Of a stretch of DNA of 64,000 nt, positions 1 through 9,019 are shown piece after piece. The position numbers were made by a program, and so were the translations under genes. This DNA is from Desulfurivibrionaceae bacterium. Lineage in GTDB: Bacteria; Desulfobacterota; Desulfobulbia; Desulfobulbales; SURF-16. The notes under the pieces were generated by a model. That model searched no databases. It had not been told where the DNA came from and saw nothing but the letters and a program-made list of their open reading frames with translations. Each line of letters starts with the position of its first letter. The stretch's first letter is position 1. Where the stretch lies: positions 6,677 through 70,676 of the forward strand of contig JBKHJR010000003.1 in assembly GCA_046537975.1 (NCBI GenBank), written 5' to 3'.

Positions 1-275
1 GTTCCGGTCATTTTCTGAATCTCTTTCTCTACTTTTTTGCCCTTGTCAAACATAAACACCGAATCAAGGAAGGTAATAACAGTAGGGATATGAAACTTCT
101 TGGTCTGATCTATGATGTCCCTTTCCGTGACTACCCCTATCAGGCAGTTGTCTTTATCCATCACCGGAACCCCGTTTATCCGGTTTTCAAATAAAACTTC
201 AGCTAATTTTTTGACAGACATGTCATCCTTAACAGAGATAACATCCGTGGTCATAACATCTCTCACCTTCAGCAT
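1..275 (-). CDS. CBS-domain protein, 5' part only (gene continues past the window start)
   Basis: Hand translation of minus strand from ATG at 275: MLKVRDVMTTDVISVKDDMSVKKLAEVLFENRINGVPVMDKDNCLIGVVTERDII..., a typical CBS module. AGGAGG RBS lies 5 nt upstream. Absent from the ORF track because it is truncated by the window edge. Confidence 0.6.
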   Translation of the reverse strand, partial: MLKVRDVMTTDVISVKDDMSVKKLAEVLFENRINGVPVMDKDNCLIGVVTERDIIDQTKKFHIPTVITFLDSVFMFDKGKKVEKEIQKMTG

Positions 276-339
276 ATATCCTCCTATTGGGAATTATGTA
301 TTTTGGTTAATTTCTTTATGTTAATCTAAAAAATATTAA

Positions 340-1908
340 TTAAAAAGTTTTATCCTCTCTGATCTTTTCCAGAGCCAGGGGTAGAAAATCAGCAACCTCG
401 GTAGCCAGAAAACCCCGACTACAGTTCTCAGCCAGCATATCACCGGCCAGGCCGTGGGAGAAAACACCGAGACAGGCGGCCCGCCATGGAAAAAGCCCCT
501 GAGCAAGGAAGCCTCCGATGATGCCGGAAAGCACGTCACCGGTGCCACCGGTAGCCAGGCCGGGATTACCAGTAGAATTAAGGGCAACCTGCCCATCAGG
601 TGCAGCCACCACTGTTGCAGCTCCTTTCAGAATCAAATGGACCTGATTAGACTGTGTAAATTGCCGGGCGATTTCCATCCTGTCCTCCTGCACCTCCCTG
701 GTGGTGAGACCGGCAAGCCTGGCCATTTCTCCGGGATGAGGGGTGAGGATCCTGGGAAATCCCGATTCGTTTTTCAGGGTCATTCCGGACCGGCTGAGAC
801 AGTTCAAACCGTCTGCATCTATCACCAAGGGACACTCAGCCTCGTTATACATTTTACACACCAGGTCGACGGTCCCGGACTCCTGGCCGATACCGGGACC
901 TATGACAACAGCATCTCTGTCCGCCATAGCTTCTTCAACTGCTGAATAATCATCAATCCCGGGGGCTCCATTCTCCAAGCCGTCTACAGGGAGAGACATG
1001 GACTCCAGAAGAGCGGACTCATATATCGTGTTCAACACCGCGCCCCCGCAGAGGCTCACCAGTCCGGCTCCGCTTCTCAGCGCCCCTCTGGCAGTTAAAA
1101 TGGCAGCCCCTGTTTTACCGGTGGAGCCGGCGACAACAAGGAGATGACCATAGCTACCCTTATGTCCCCAGGGATAACGGTCAGGGCACATCCCCCGGAT
1201 AGCAGGCGGATCGAGCAACTCACAGAAAAGCGGACTTTCTTTTACCACTTCCGGAGGGATACCTATATCCACGACTTCCAGCCTGCCGGTGTAGCTGCGG
1301 CCAGGATAACTGAACTGCCCGGGTTTGGCCATTCCATAAGTGGCGGTTAAATCAGCCTCAACACAAGATCCCAGCACAGTCCCCTTATCACTGTCCAGGC
1401 CGGAAGGCATGTCCACAGAAACTACAGGTAAAGGGATACGGTTAATAAGTTCTATTACCTCGGCAAAATGACCCTCCACTTCCCTCTTCAGACCGGTGCC
1501 GAACAAGGCGTCAATCAGCAGATGAGCTCCGCTGATATCCTCATCAGCCACCTCCTGGCCGGAAGAAGCAGTCCTGACCTTAATGGCAAGCTTCTTGACT
1601 ATATTAAGATTGATCAGGGCATCACCCTTGATCTTTTCTTCAGGGGCCAGGAGATAGACCACGATTTCAGCCCCCTGTTGATAAAGATGGCGACCTATTA
1701 CCAGACCGTCACCGCCGTTATTGCCGGGACCGGCGAAAATAACCACTTTTTTGCCCTCTGATATACCATAATGCTTTCTTATCAGGTCTGCAGTACAACG
1801 CCCGGCATTCTCCATCAAAACAACACCGGGAATACCGCAATAATTGATGGCGGTCGAATCAAGGGACTGCATCTGTTCAGCCTTAACTAATCGCATAATT
1901 ACCTCCAA
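340..1908 (-). CDS. nnr: bifunctional NAD(P)H-hydrate repair enzyme (epimerase / ADP-dependent dehydratase), YjeF family
   Basis: 522-aa ORF. N-terminal YjeF_N half (VVIFAGPGNNGGDGLV) and C-terminal carbohydrate-kinase-like half (GTGDVLSGIIGGFLAQG). The likely true start is MRLVK at 1896. Confidence 0.9.
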   Translation of the reverse strand: MEVIMRLVKAEQMQSLDSTAINYCGIPGVVLMENAGRCTADLIRKHYGISEGKKVVIFAGPGNNGGDGLVIGRHLYQQGAEIVVYLLAPEEKIKGDALINLNIVKKLAIKVRTASSGQEVADEDISGAHLLIDALFGTGLKREVEGHFAEVIELINRIPLPVVSVDMPSGLDSDKGTVLGSCVEADLTATYGMAKPGQFSYPGRSYTGRLEVVDIGIPPEVVKESPLFCELLDPPAIRGMCPDRYPWGHKGSYGHLLVVAGSTGKTGAAILTARGALRSGAGLVSLCGGAVLNTIYESALLESMSLPVDGLENGAPGIDDYSAVEEAMADRDAVVIGPGIGQESGTVDLVCKMYNEAECPLVIDADGLNCLSRSGMTLKNESGFPRILTPHPGEMARLAGLTTREVQEDRMEIARQFTQSNQVHLILKGAATVVAAPDGQVALNSTGNPGLATGGTGDVLSGIIGGFLAQGLFPWRAACLGVFSHGLAGDMLAENCSRGFLATEVADFLPLALEKIREDKTF

Positions 1909-1980
1909 TACATGTTCTCCACTTTCTTCTTCATTCTAATGCAATGGCAGAGAACAGCAAACAGAAAAAAATCGGGACGT

Positions 1981-2026
1981 TGATCAACAAATGAACTTGA
2001 CTTTATAATGATATTCTGAATAGTAT
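1981..2026 (+). promoter_or_regulatory. candidate sigma70-type promoter upstream of the EF-G paralog
   Basis: TTGACT (1997-2002), 18-nt spacer, TAGTAT (2021-2026). An alternative perfect TATAAT at 2004-2009 has a poor -35. Sequence pattern only. Confidence 0.3.
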
Positions 2027-2144
2027 GATTTACCGTTTAAGTTTCGAATTACAAATTAGAAATCAGGTATCGGGTGTGCTGGGATGACTATAATTGATAA
2101 TTCGTGCTTCCTGATTTTTAATTAAAAGTAAGGGAGGGGAGTCA

Positions 2145-4220
2145 ATGCAGGATATTGAACTGGTTCGCAACATCGCTTTTTTAGGACACGGCAAAAGTGG
2201 CAAAACATCCCTGGCCGAGGCCATTCTGCATACCTCAGGCAAAACCAAAAAGCTGGGCAGAGTTGATGAAGGAACATCCGTGCTTGATTTTGAACCGGAA
2301 GAAATTGAAAAAAATCACACAATCAACAATGCATTTCACAACTATACCTGGAAAAAGCACCGGGTTTTCCTGATAGACACTCCGGGTGATGACAATTTCA
2401 TCAATGAGACAAAGTTTGCCAGCCGAGTGGCTGACAATGCCGTCTTTGTCGTAGGTGCGGTGCTGGGGGTAAAATATCAGACCCAGAAAATAGCCGGATA
2501 TATCAAGGATAACGGCCTGCCCACCATACTCTGTATCAACAAGATGGACCGGGAAAGGGCCAATTTTGAAAAGACAATTTCCGAGATCAAAGAACAGCTT
2601 CCCATTGAACCGGCGGTCTGCTACTTACCCATAGGAAGCGAGGATAATTTTAAGGGAATAATCGATGTTATCAACAACAAGGCCTATTTCTTCGATGTCG
2701 AGGGAAGCTGCAAGACCGGAGATATCCCGGAAGACATGATGGAAGCAGTGACCAGTGCTCAAGAAGAATTAATGGAACAGGTAGCGGAGACAGATGATGA
2801 ACTCATCGAAAAATTCCTGGAAGATGGCAAACTTAACGACTCCGATCTATTGCAGGGTCTGGCCAAAGCAGTACGTGAAAGCAATCTGTCTCCGGCAGTT
2901 CCCTGCTCTGCTGCAGAAAATTGCGGCTCAGAACTTATCCTGAACGCCATTAACGACTTTTTCCCTTCCCCGGACCAGAGACCCGCCCAGGTAGGGACAG
3001 ACCCCAAAACAGAAGATCTGGTCGAAATCGCGCCCTCCACGGACAGCCCCTTTTCCGCCCTGGTATTCAAGACCACCGAAGATCCCTTTTCCGGTAAGCT
3101 TTCCATCTTCCGCACTTTTTCCGGGGTCATGAGAGGAGATTCACTTTACAACGCCAGTAAGGATAAAACTGAAAAGTGCAGCCAGTTATATATTATGGAA
3201 GGAAAAGAGCTGATCCCGGTGGAAAGCGCCTCGCCTGGAATGATAACCGCTGCAGCCAAACTCAAGGAGACAGCCACCGGCGACACCCTGGCAACGGAAA
3301 AAACACCCGTGGTTTATGAAGGTCTCGATCCCATCCAGCCTACCATGTCCTATTCAGTAAGAGCCGCCAGCCGGGATGAAGAAGACAAGCTTTTCACCTC
3401 CCTGTCCAAAATACTGGCTGAAGATCCCACCCTTAAAGTGGAACGCCAGGAGCAGACCAGGGAAACAGTCCTTTCCGGAGTGGGGCAGCGGCATCTCCAG
3501 ATAATCTGCGACAGGATTAAACGCAAATATAAAGTAGATCTGCATTTAAGTACTCCAAAGGTCCCTTATAAGGAGACAATCAAGGGGACTGCCAGAGTCC
3601 AGGGCAAACACAAGAAACAGTCCGGGGGTCGGGGGCAGTTTGCCGACTCCTGGATAGAAATGGAGCCTCTGCCTCGGGGCGGCGGGTTTGAATTTGAAGA
3701 TCACATCGTGGGTGGAGTCATTCCCAAGCAGTACATTCCAGCCGTGGAACAGGGTATTATCAATGCTGCAAAAGAAGGGGTTCTGGCGGGCTACCCTACT
3801 GTTGATCTGAAAGTTAAGCTGGTGGACGGCTCCTTCCACCCGGTTGATTCTTCGGAAATGGCCTTCCAGATTTCCGGCTCTATAGCTTTTAAAGAAGGAG
3901 CCAAACAGGCCCGCCCTACCCTGCTTGAACCTATTAACAACGTAACCATTTTTGCCCCCAAGGACTGTGTAGGTGATATTGTCGGTGACTTAAACAGCCG
4001 TCGTGGCAAAGTGTTGGGCATGGATTCAGAGAAAAACTCAGAGATTATAAAGGCCCAGGTGCCAATGGCAGAGATTCTGGAATACACCCCGGATCTCACC
4101 TCGATTACTGCGGGCCGGGGATACTTTACCACTGAATTCTCCCATTACGAAGAGGTACCTGCTCATATAATGGAGAAGATCACAACGGAAGGAAAAAATA
4201 AGGAAACAGGACAAAAATGA
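2145..4220 (+). CDS. fusA: elongation factor G paralog (EF-G2-like translational GTPase)
   Basis: 691 aa with a GGGAGGGGAG RBS. G1 GHGKSGKTS, G3 DTPGDDNF, G4 NKMD, and EF-G domains II-V are recognisable. Not next to rpsL/rpsG/tuf, so a second-copy EF-G rather than the str-operon gene. Confidence 0.88.
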   Translation: MQDIELVRNIAFLGHGKSGKTSLAEAILHTSGKTKKLGRVDEGTSVLDFEPEEIEKNHTINNAFHNYTWKKHRVFLIDTPGDDNFINETKFASRVADNAVFVVGAVLGVKYQTQKIAGYIKDNGLPTILCINKMDRERANFEKTISEIKEQLPIEPAVCYLPIGSEDNFKGIIDVINNKAYFFDVEGSCKTGDIPEDMMEAVTSAQEELMEQVAETDDELIEKFLEDGKLNDSDLLQGLAKAVRESNLSPAVPCSAAENCGSELILNAINDFFPSPDQRPAQVGTDPKTEDLVEIAPSTDSPFSALVFKTTEDPFSGKLSIFRTFSGVMRGDSLYNASKDKTEKCSQLYIMEGKELIPVESASPGMITAAAKLKETATGDTLATEKTPVVYEGLDPIQPTMSYSVRAASRDEEDKLFTSLSKILAEDPTLKVERQEQTRETVLSGVGQRHLQIICDRIKRKYKVDLHLSTPKVPYKETIKGTARVQGKHKKQSGGRGQFADSWIEMEPLPRGGGFEFEDHIVGGVIPKQYIPAVEQGIINAAKEGVLAGYPTVDLKVKLVDGSFHPVDSSEMAFQISGSIAFKEGAKQARPTLLEPINNVTIFAPKDCVGDIVGDLNSRRGKVLGMDSEKNSEIIKAQVPMAEILEYTPDLTSITAGRGYFTTEFSHYEEVPAHIMEKITTEGKNKETGQK

Positions 4221-4747
4221 AGCAATCATACCGCTGCGCCGTCCTGACCATAAGTGACAAAGGGGCCGCCGGACAAAGGGTGGATAGCAGTGGTCCCGGG
4301 CTGACGGAAATGCTGAAGAGACAGGAATCCTTTCAGGTGGTTGATTCTTCTGTAGTGGCCGACGATAAAGAAGAAATCAAGGATGTTCTCTGTAAGTGGG
4401 CTGATAAGGAGCGGATCGATCTCATCCTCAGCACAGGGGGAACCGGAGTCAGCCCCAGGGACGTGACCCCGGAGGCCACCAGGGAGATAATTGAAAAGGA
4501 AATCCCCGGCCTCGCTGAAGCCATGCGGCAGACCAGCCTCAGTAAAACCCCCTATGCCATGCTCTCCAGAGCAGTTGCCGGGATCAGAAAAACCACTCTT
4601 ATTATCAATCTGCCGGGCAGTGAAAAGGGAGCAAAAGATAATCTGGAGGCGATTTTGGCAGCTCTGCCCCACGCCGTATACAAAATAAAAGGGGGAACCA
4701 GGGACTGCGGGGACGAGAGATCAGATACCGGAGGTCAGACGGAATAA
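4217..4747 (+). CDS. mog: MogA/MoaB-family molybdenum cofactor biosynthesis protein
   Basis: 176 aa with the motif LILSTGGTGVSPRDVTPEAT typical of the MoaB/MogA fold. Start overlaps the EF-G stop (ATGA). Confidence 0.8.
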   Translation: MKQSYRCAVLTISDKGAAGQRVDSSGPGLTEMLKRQESFQVVDSSVVADDKEEIKDVLCKWADKERIDLILSTGGTGVSPRDVTPEATREIIEKEIPGLAEAMRQTSLSKTPYAMLSRAVAGIRKTTLIINLPGSEKGAKDNLEAILAALPHAVYKIKGGTRDCGDERSDTGGQTE

Positions 4748-4779
4748 ATAGTTGTTTTCTATTTTATTATTAAAGACAA

Positions 4780-5862
4780 TCAGGATATTGAAACCTGTCC
4801 TTCCTCCCCCTTGCGGGGCATAATTTCTCCTATTAAATAAGGCTGTTCTCCCAGAGCACTGAACTGCTGCATAACATCATGGACAATCTTTTTATCCACC
4901 ACGACAGCCAGACCCAGGCCACAGTTAAAGGTCCGGAACATTTCATCTTCAGGGATGTTGCCTTTTGATTGAAGAAAACCGAAGATCGGCTGGACCGGCC
5001 AGCTCCCTTTATGGAGTACGGCCTTACAGGACTTCGGAAGAATTCTCGGAATGTTGTCCACCAGGCCGCCGCCGGTAACATGGACAAAGCCGCGTATCGG
5101 AAAATGCCTGCAGATATTAAGAACAGGCTCAACGTAGATCCGGGTCGGCCGGAGCAGCTCCCGGCCTACAGTATCTTCCAGCTCTTCCGGCTGATCATCA
5201 ACCGAAAGGCCAAGCTCCTCAAAACAGATCTTGCGCACCAAGGAATAACCATTACTGTGTAGACCACTTGAGGCCAGACCTATAATCTTGTCTCCCACCT
5301 TGGTATCGGAACCGTCAATGATCTCACTCCTCTCAACTATGCCTACCACAAAACCGGCTATATCGTATTCCCCGGGGCTATAAAGACCGGGCATTTCCGC
5401 AGTTTCCCCCCCGATCAGGGAACACTGGGCTGTTTTGCAGCCCTCGGATATACCTTTAACCACTTCGGTGGCCACTTCGGTATCAAGTTCTCCCACCGAA
5501 AAATAGTCAAGAAAAAACAAAGGCCTGGCCCCGGATACCACAATGTCGTTTACACACATGGCGACCAGATCGATCCCTATAGTATCATGGCGTCCGCACA
5601 TGGAGGCTATATTAAGTTTGGTTCCCACCCCGTCAGTGGAGGAAACCAGGATCGGATCCTCATAACGGTCCTTCCCCAAAGCAAACAGGCCGCCGAATCC
5701 CCCTATATCAGTAAGGACACCCCGGCGGAATGTGGATGAAACCAGCGGCTTAATATTGCTGACAAAATCATTGGCCTTATCTAAATCAACGCCTGCTTCG
5801 GTATATCTGGAGACTTTATCGTTACTCATGAAATTATAACAGTTTTTAAGCTTGGGATTCAC
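4780..5862 (-). CDS. purM: phosphoribosylformylglycinamidine cyclo-ligase (AIR synthetase)
   Basis: 360-aa ORF with YTEAGVDLDKAN, GGFGGLF, DGVGTKL and GGETAEMPG signatures of PurM. The start is ambiguous: GTG at 5862 or ATG (MSNDKVS) at 5829. Confidence 0.93.
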   Translation of the reverse strand: MNPKLKNCYNFMSNDKVSRYTEAGVDLDKANDFVSNIKPLVSSTFRRGVLTDIGGFGGLFALGKDRYEDPILVSSTDGVGTKLNIASMCGRHDTIGIDLVAMCVNDIVVSGARPLFFLDYFSVGELDTEVATEVVKGISEGCKTAQCSLIGGETAEMPGLYSPGEYDIAGFVVGIVERSEIIDGSDTKVGDKIIGLASSGLHSNGYSLVRKICFEELGLSVDDQPEELEDTVGRELLRPTRIYVEPVLNICRHFPIRGFVHVTGGGLVDNIPRILPKSCKAVLHKGSWPVQPIFGFLQSKGNIPEDEMFRTFNCGLGLAVVVDKKIVHDVMQQFSALGEQPYLIGEIMPRKGEEGQVSIS

Positions 5863-6622
5863 CTTTTGATCCCTGTCATTAACCTGAAAACAGGGGATTG
5901 AATAAACATGGGAGGATGTTATTACCGGTGATGAAAAAAGTCAATCTCTTTCTGTTTAATTATCCTTTTTAGCGGCTCTGTTTTTAAATCAGGCCCCACT
6001 CCTGGCAATGATGACAGTTCAAAGCTATTTCAGTTCTTATTCCGGCTTCCCTGTACAATTGTGCATGGATCGTCTTGATAAATTAACAATCCCGCCTTTG
6101 TTTTCCCTTAGACTCTTCCCGGGCAGGAAGAAGAGCAAGTCCGGCAGGCCACGGCCAAACAAAGGGATATGTATTCCGGCGCTTCTGACTCCTGTAACAG
6201 GACAAATTGTTATCTACTTCACAATGTACCAGGATCCCGGCCAGGATTATAACCCGAAAATCACTTTTATTTAGTGGAGATACGGAACATAATTTTTTGC
6301 TGCTTGTCTGAAATTAAGCTTTGAGTTAAATTGGGATAAATTCTCAAATATATTTCGCCACCGGACAATCCGGAGTAGCTCCAAGTTGGTCTGGTCTGCA
6401 GAGAACAAAAAAGATAAAAATATGGACATTTAACTTAGACAATGAAGAATTCAACGCTCTTAATAATTATTATAATTACCTTCGGGGCGGCTGTTTATTT
6501 TTGGGCCGGGCATGATTATGGTTTTACCTGAAACAGTAATTATGAAGCGCCTCAGGCAGAGGTGCAGCGTCCCTTAACAGGGAACAACCAATAAAAATCA
6601 TACACTACGGAGTAATTATATA

Positions 6623-7282
6623 ATGCTATCAACCAACCAGTGTCTGAAGTACGCAGAAGAAGAACACTTCTGCCCCTATTGCAACAGCCGCTTAACCTGC
6701 TGCCAAACCCCGATAATACCAGTGGGCGACGGTCTGGGCTGGGGATCGGAAGTGATGTTTATATGTCTTAACAATGAATGCCCTCCTTACGTAAAGGGAT
6801 GGCAACATATTGAAGAACAGTACGGCCATTTTGGCTCCTATCGCCACATGCAGCTTCCCGGAGAGAAGAGGGGTGAGATGATGATGGTCGGCAGCAGTGA
6901 GGCCTTTACCGGCTGTGCCCTGGACCCTGAACAGCTGAAGGAAGAAAACCAGCGTTACCAGGAGGAGATAAAAGCAGTCGAAGCTTTAGAAACCTGTCTT
7001 GAAAAACAGGACCTGAGCCCGGTTCTCACCCTCATACTTGATGACAATGCTAATTTCTCCGGACGGGAAAGGGCCTGTGAATTACTGATCCAGCTGGATG
7101 ACTTTGCCTGTATTGACCCGATCCGCAACCATACCTTTACCAACAAGGAAATTGAAGAGAAGGCGGACAAAGCCATATTGACGATCCTGCAAAACCACTA
7201 CAAAAAAGAATGCCCCTACTGTGCGGAGATAATCAAACAGCAGGCTAAAACCTGTATGCATTGCAAGGAAAAACTGGGCTGA
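6623..7282 (+). CDS. hypothetical protein with N- and C-terminal zinc-ribbon-like Cys pairs
   Basis: 219-aa ORF. CPYCNSRLTCC near the N-terminus and CPYCAEIIKQQAKTCMHC at the C-terminus. No family recognised. Confidence 0.5.
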   Translation: MLSTNQCLKYAEEEHFCPYCNSRLTCCQTPIIPVGDGLGWGSEVMFICLNNECPPYVKGWQHIEEQYGHFGSYRHMQLPGEKRGEMMMVGSSEAFTGCALDPEQLKEENQRYQEEIKAVEALETCLEKQDLSPVLTLILDDNANFSGRERACELLIQLDDFACIDPIRNHTFTNKEIEEKADKAILTILQNHYKKECPYCAEIIKQQAKTCMHCKEKLG

Positions 7283-7360
7283 TCACAAGGTTCCTATTTT
7301 TTCTTGCCAATCCAGGCGCAATCTATTATAGATACAGAGATTGCTTGACAAGTATTCAGT

Positions 7361-7438
7361 GGTGAGCGTGGCTCAGTTGGTTAGAGCACCGGGTTGTGGC
7401 CCCGGAGGTCGTGGGTTCAAATCCCATCGCTCACCCCA
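7361..7438 (+). tRNA. tRNA-His (anticodon GTG), with extra 5' G(-1) and encoded CCA
   Basis: Cloverleaf read by eye: acceptor GTGAGCG/CGCTCAC, D-arm GCTCAGTTGGTTAGAGC, anticodon loop TTGTGGC, T-arm GTGGGTTCAAATCCCAT. The additional 5' G is characteristic of tRNA-His. Confidence 0.9.
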
Positions 7439-7446
7439 GACAAGAC

Positions 7447-7487
7447 AAGGGATTGTGGCTTACGGGCCATAATCCCTTTTTATTTTT
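7447..7487 (+). terminator. rho-independent terminator after tRNA-His
   Basis: 13-bp stem AAGGGATTGTGGC / GCCATAATCCCTT, 6-nt loop, followed by TTTTATTTTTT. Confidence 0.7.
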
Positions 7488-7537
7488 TGCCCCAGCTGCA
7501 GGGGATGGTTATCTGAAATCCCGCTTCACAAATAAAC

Positions 7538-7654
7538 AGGGGCAAGATTAAGAGAAAGTTCCGGGGAATTACTTGACATGATCTTCTTTTATCTCAGCAT
7601 ATTAAAGTATGGGTCCTTTGTTTGGTCCACTTGCCCGGATCAGGTGGTCGGAAC
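7538..7654 (+). repeat. dispersed intergenic repeat family, copy A (orientation opposite to copies B-E)
   Basis: Core ...GGGGCAAGATTAAGAGAAAGTTCCGGGGAATTACTTGACATGATCTTCTTTTATCTCAGCATATTAAAGTATGGGTCCTTTGTTTGGTCCACTTGCCCGGATCAGGTGGTC is near-identical to the reverse complement of 10921-11020, 15919-16010 and 45229-45320. Confidence 0.85.
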
Positions 7655-7778
7655 ATTGCAGTCAAAATAACATAACCCGAGACCTTCGTCTCCGGACCAA
7701 TTACTAAAAGAAATTATCTGACAACACCGCTGAATTGCCATCAACTTACCACACTTTTTAACAAGATAGGTTCAACTG

Positions 7779-9008
7779 ATGACTTCCGGTTTTCTTAAGC
7801 TTTTAAAAAATCTTTTTGTCCCCAACGGAATTTTTTTTCTCGCCATCTTTCTTGGCTTTATCTACTCTTCCCTGCCTGAAGTCCTTTGGCCCTACTCCCG
7901 ACTTTACCCATATGTTCTCTATATAACTGCTGCCGCACTTTGCTGGCGATTTCACAGGGACCGCTACATATTCGCCATAATTTGCATAGGAGTCTACGAG
8001 AGAGTCCTGTATTATCTTGTTTCCGGGAACGGGGAATCGATCAAGGCGGAAGGCCTCTCAGACCCCGGAATTATTCTTTTACTACCGATCAACCTGGTTA
8101 TTCTGGAACTGATCAAGGACCGGGGACTTCTGACCTTCTGGGGAATTCTGCGCTGGATTCTGATTGCCGGCGAATTAAGTTTCCTGGGCTTCATGTATCT
8201 GAATCCCGCAAGTCCCCTGACCCTAACAGTCCAAAACTGGTCAGCAGGTCTTACCGCTTATCCGGAAAGCTTTGCCATGGGGCTGGTACCGGTGGTATTT
8301 CTGCTGGCGCTTATAATTTTCGCCCTCCTCTTTCTATTCAGACAGTCCTCCTCGGAAAGCAGCTCTTTCTGGGCCCTTATCATGCTTTATCTGGGTATTC
8401 ATCATTTTGAAAACCCGGAAACCGCTACTTATTTCCTCTCCTGCACTTCATTGATTTTCATCAGCTCCATACTGGAAACATCCTATCGCCTCGCCTATTT
8501 TGACGAACTTACCGGCCTTCCGGGACGGCGGGCCCTGAACGATCAGCTCGTACGGCTGGGAAACAAATATACGATCGCTATGATTGACATAGACCACTTC
8601 AAGAAGTTCAATGACCGATTCGGCCATGATGTCGGGGACCAGGTACTGAAGATGGTGGCCTCAAAACTGAAGGGGGTGCCCGGGGGCGGCAGGCCTTACA
8701 GGTACGGCGGGGAAGAATTTGCCGTTATATTTTCCGGCAAATCACTGGAGCTGACCAAGCCCTGTCTCGAGTCCCTGCGCAACACCGTTGAAAATACAGA
8801 TTTTACCCTGCGGGGATTGGGCCGCTCATTAAAAAAGAAGAGCCCGCCCAGGAAAAAAAGGCGGCCCGGAAAATCAGTCAGGATAACGGTGAGCATCGGG
8901 GTCGCCGAGAAAAACAGCATGCATCCTGATGCCGGTTCTGTTATCAAGGCCGCCGACCAGGCGCTTTACCGGGCTAAAAAGTCGGGGAGAAACAGGGTCA
9001 CCGTCTAA
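7779..9008 (+). CDS. membrane-bound diguanylate cyclase (multi-TM N-terminus + GGDEF domain)
   Basis: 409 aa. About 6 hydrophobic helices, then LTGLPGRRAL, IDIDHFKKFNDRFGHDVGDQVL and an active-site YGGEEFAVIF motif. Confidence 0.88.
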   Translation: MTSGFLKLLKNLFVPNGIFFLAIFLGFIYSSLPEVLWPYSRLYPYVLYITAAALCWRFHRDRYIFAIICIGVYERVLYYLVSGNGESIKAEGLSDPGIILLLPINLVILELIKDRGLLTFWGILRWILIAGELSFLGFMYLNPASPLTLTVQNWSAGLTAYPESFAMGLVPVVFLLALIIFALLFLFRQSSSESSSFWALIMLYLGIHHFENPETATYFLSCTSLIFISSILETSYRLAYFDELTGLPGRRALNDQLVRLGNKYTIAMIDIDHFKKFNDRFGHDVGDQVLKMVASKLKGVPGGGRPYRYGGEEFAVIFSGKSLELTKPCLESLRNTVENTDFTLRGLGRSLKKKSPPRKKRRPGKSVRITVSIGVAEKNSMHPDAGSVIKAADQALYRAKKSGRNRVTV

Positions 9009-9019
9009 TTCAAACCGAT

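Noticed and set aside
112-324. 70-aa plus-strand ORF
   Set aside because: It is antisense to a well-formed CBS-domain coding sequence with a strong RBS on the minus strand.
6008-6274. 88-aa plus-strand ORF in the purM / zinc-ribbon spacer
   Set aside because: It has no RBS, an odd composition and no recognisable motif. It is kept only as part of the 'gene-poor spacer' note.
7600-7650. Possible sigma54 promoter (TGGTCCACTTGCC) inside the dispersed repeat
   Set aside because: The GG-to-GC spacing is 9 nt instead of the 12 nt required by the TGGCAC-N5-TTGCA consensus. In addition, the element occurs in orientations that face gene 3' ends.
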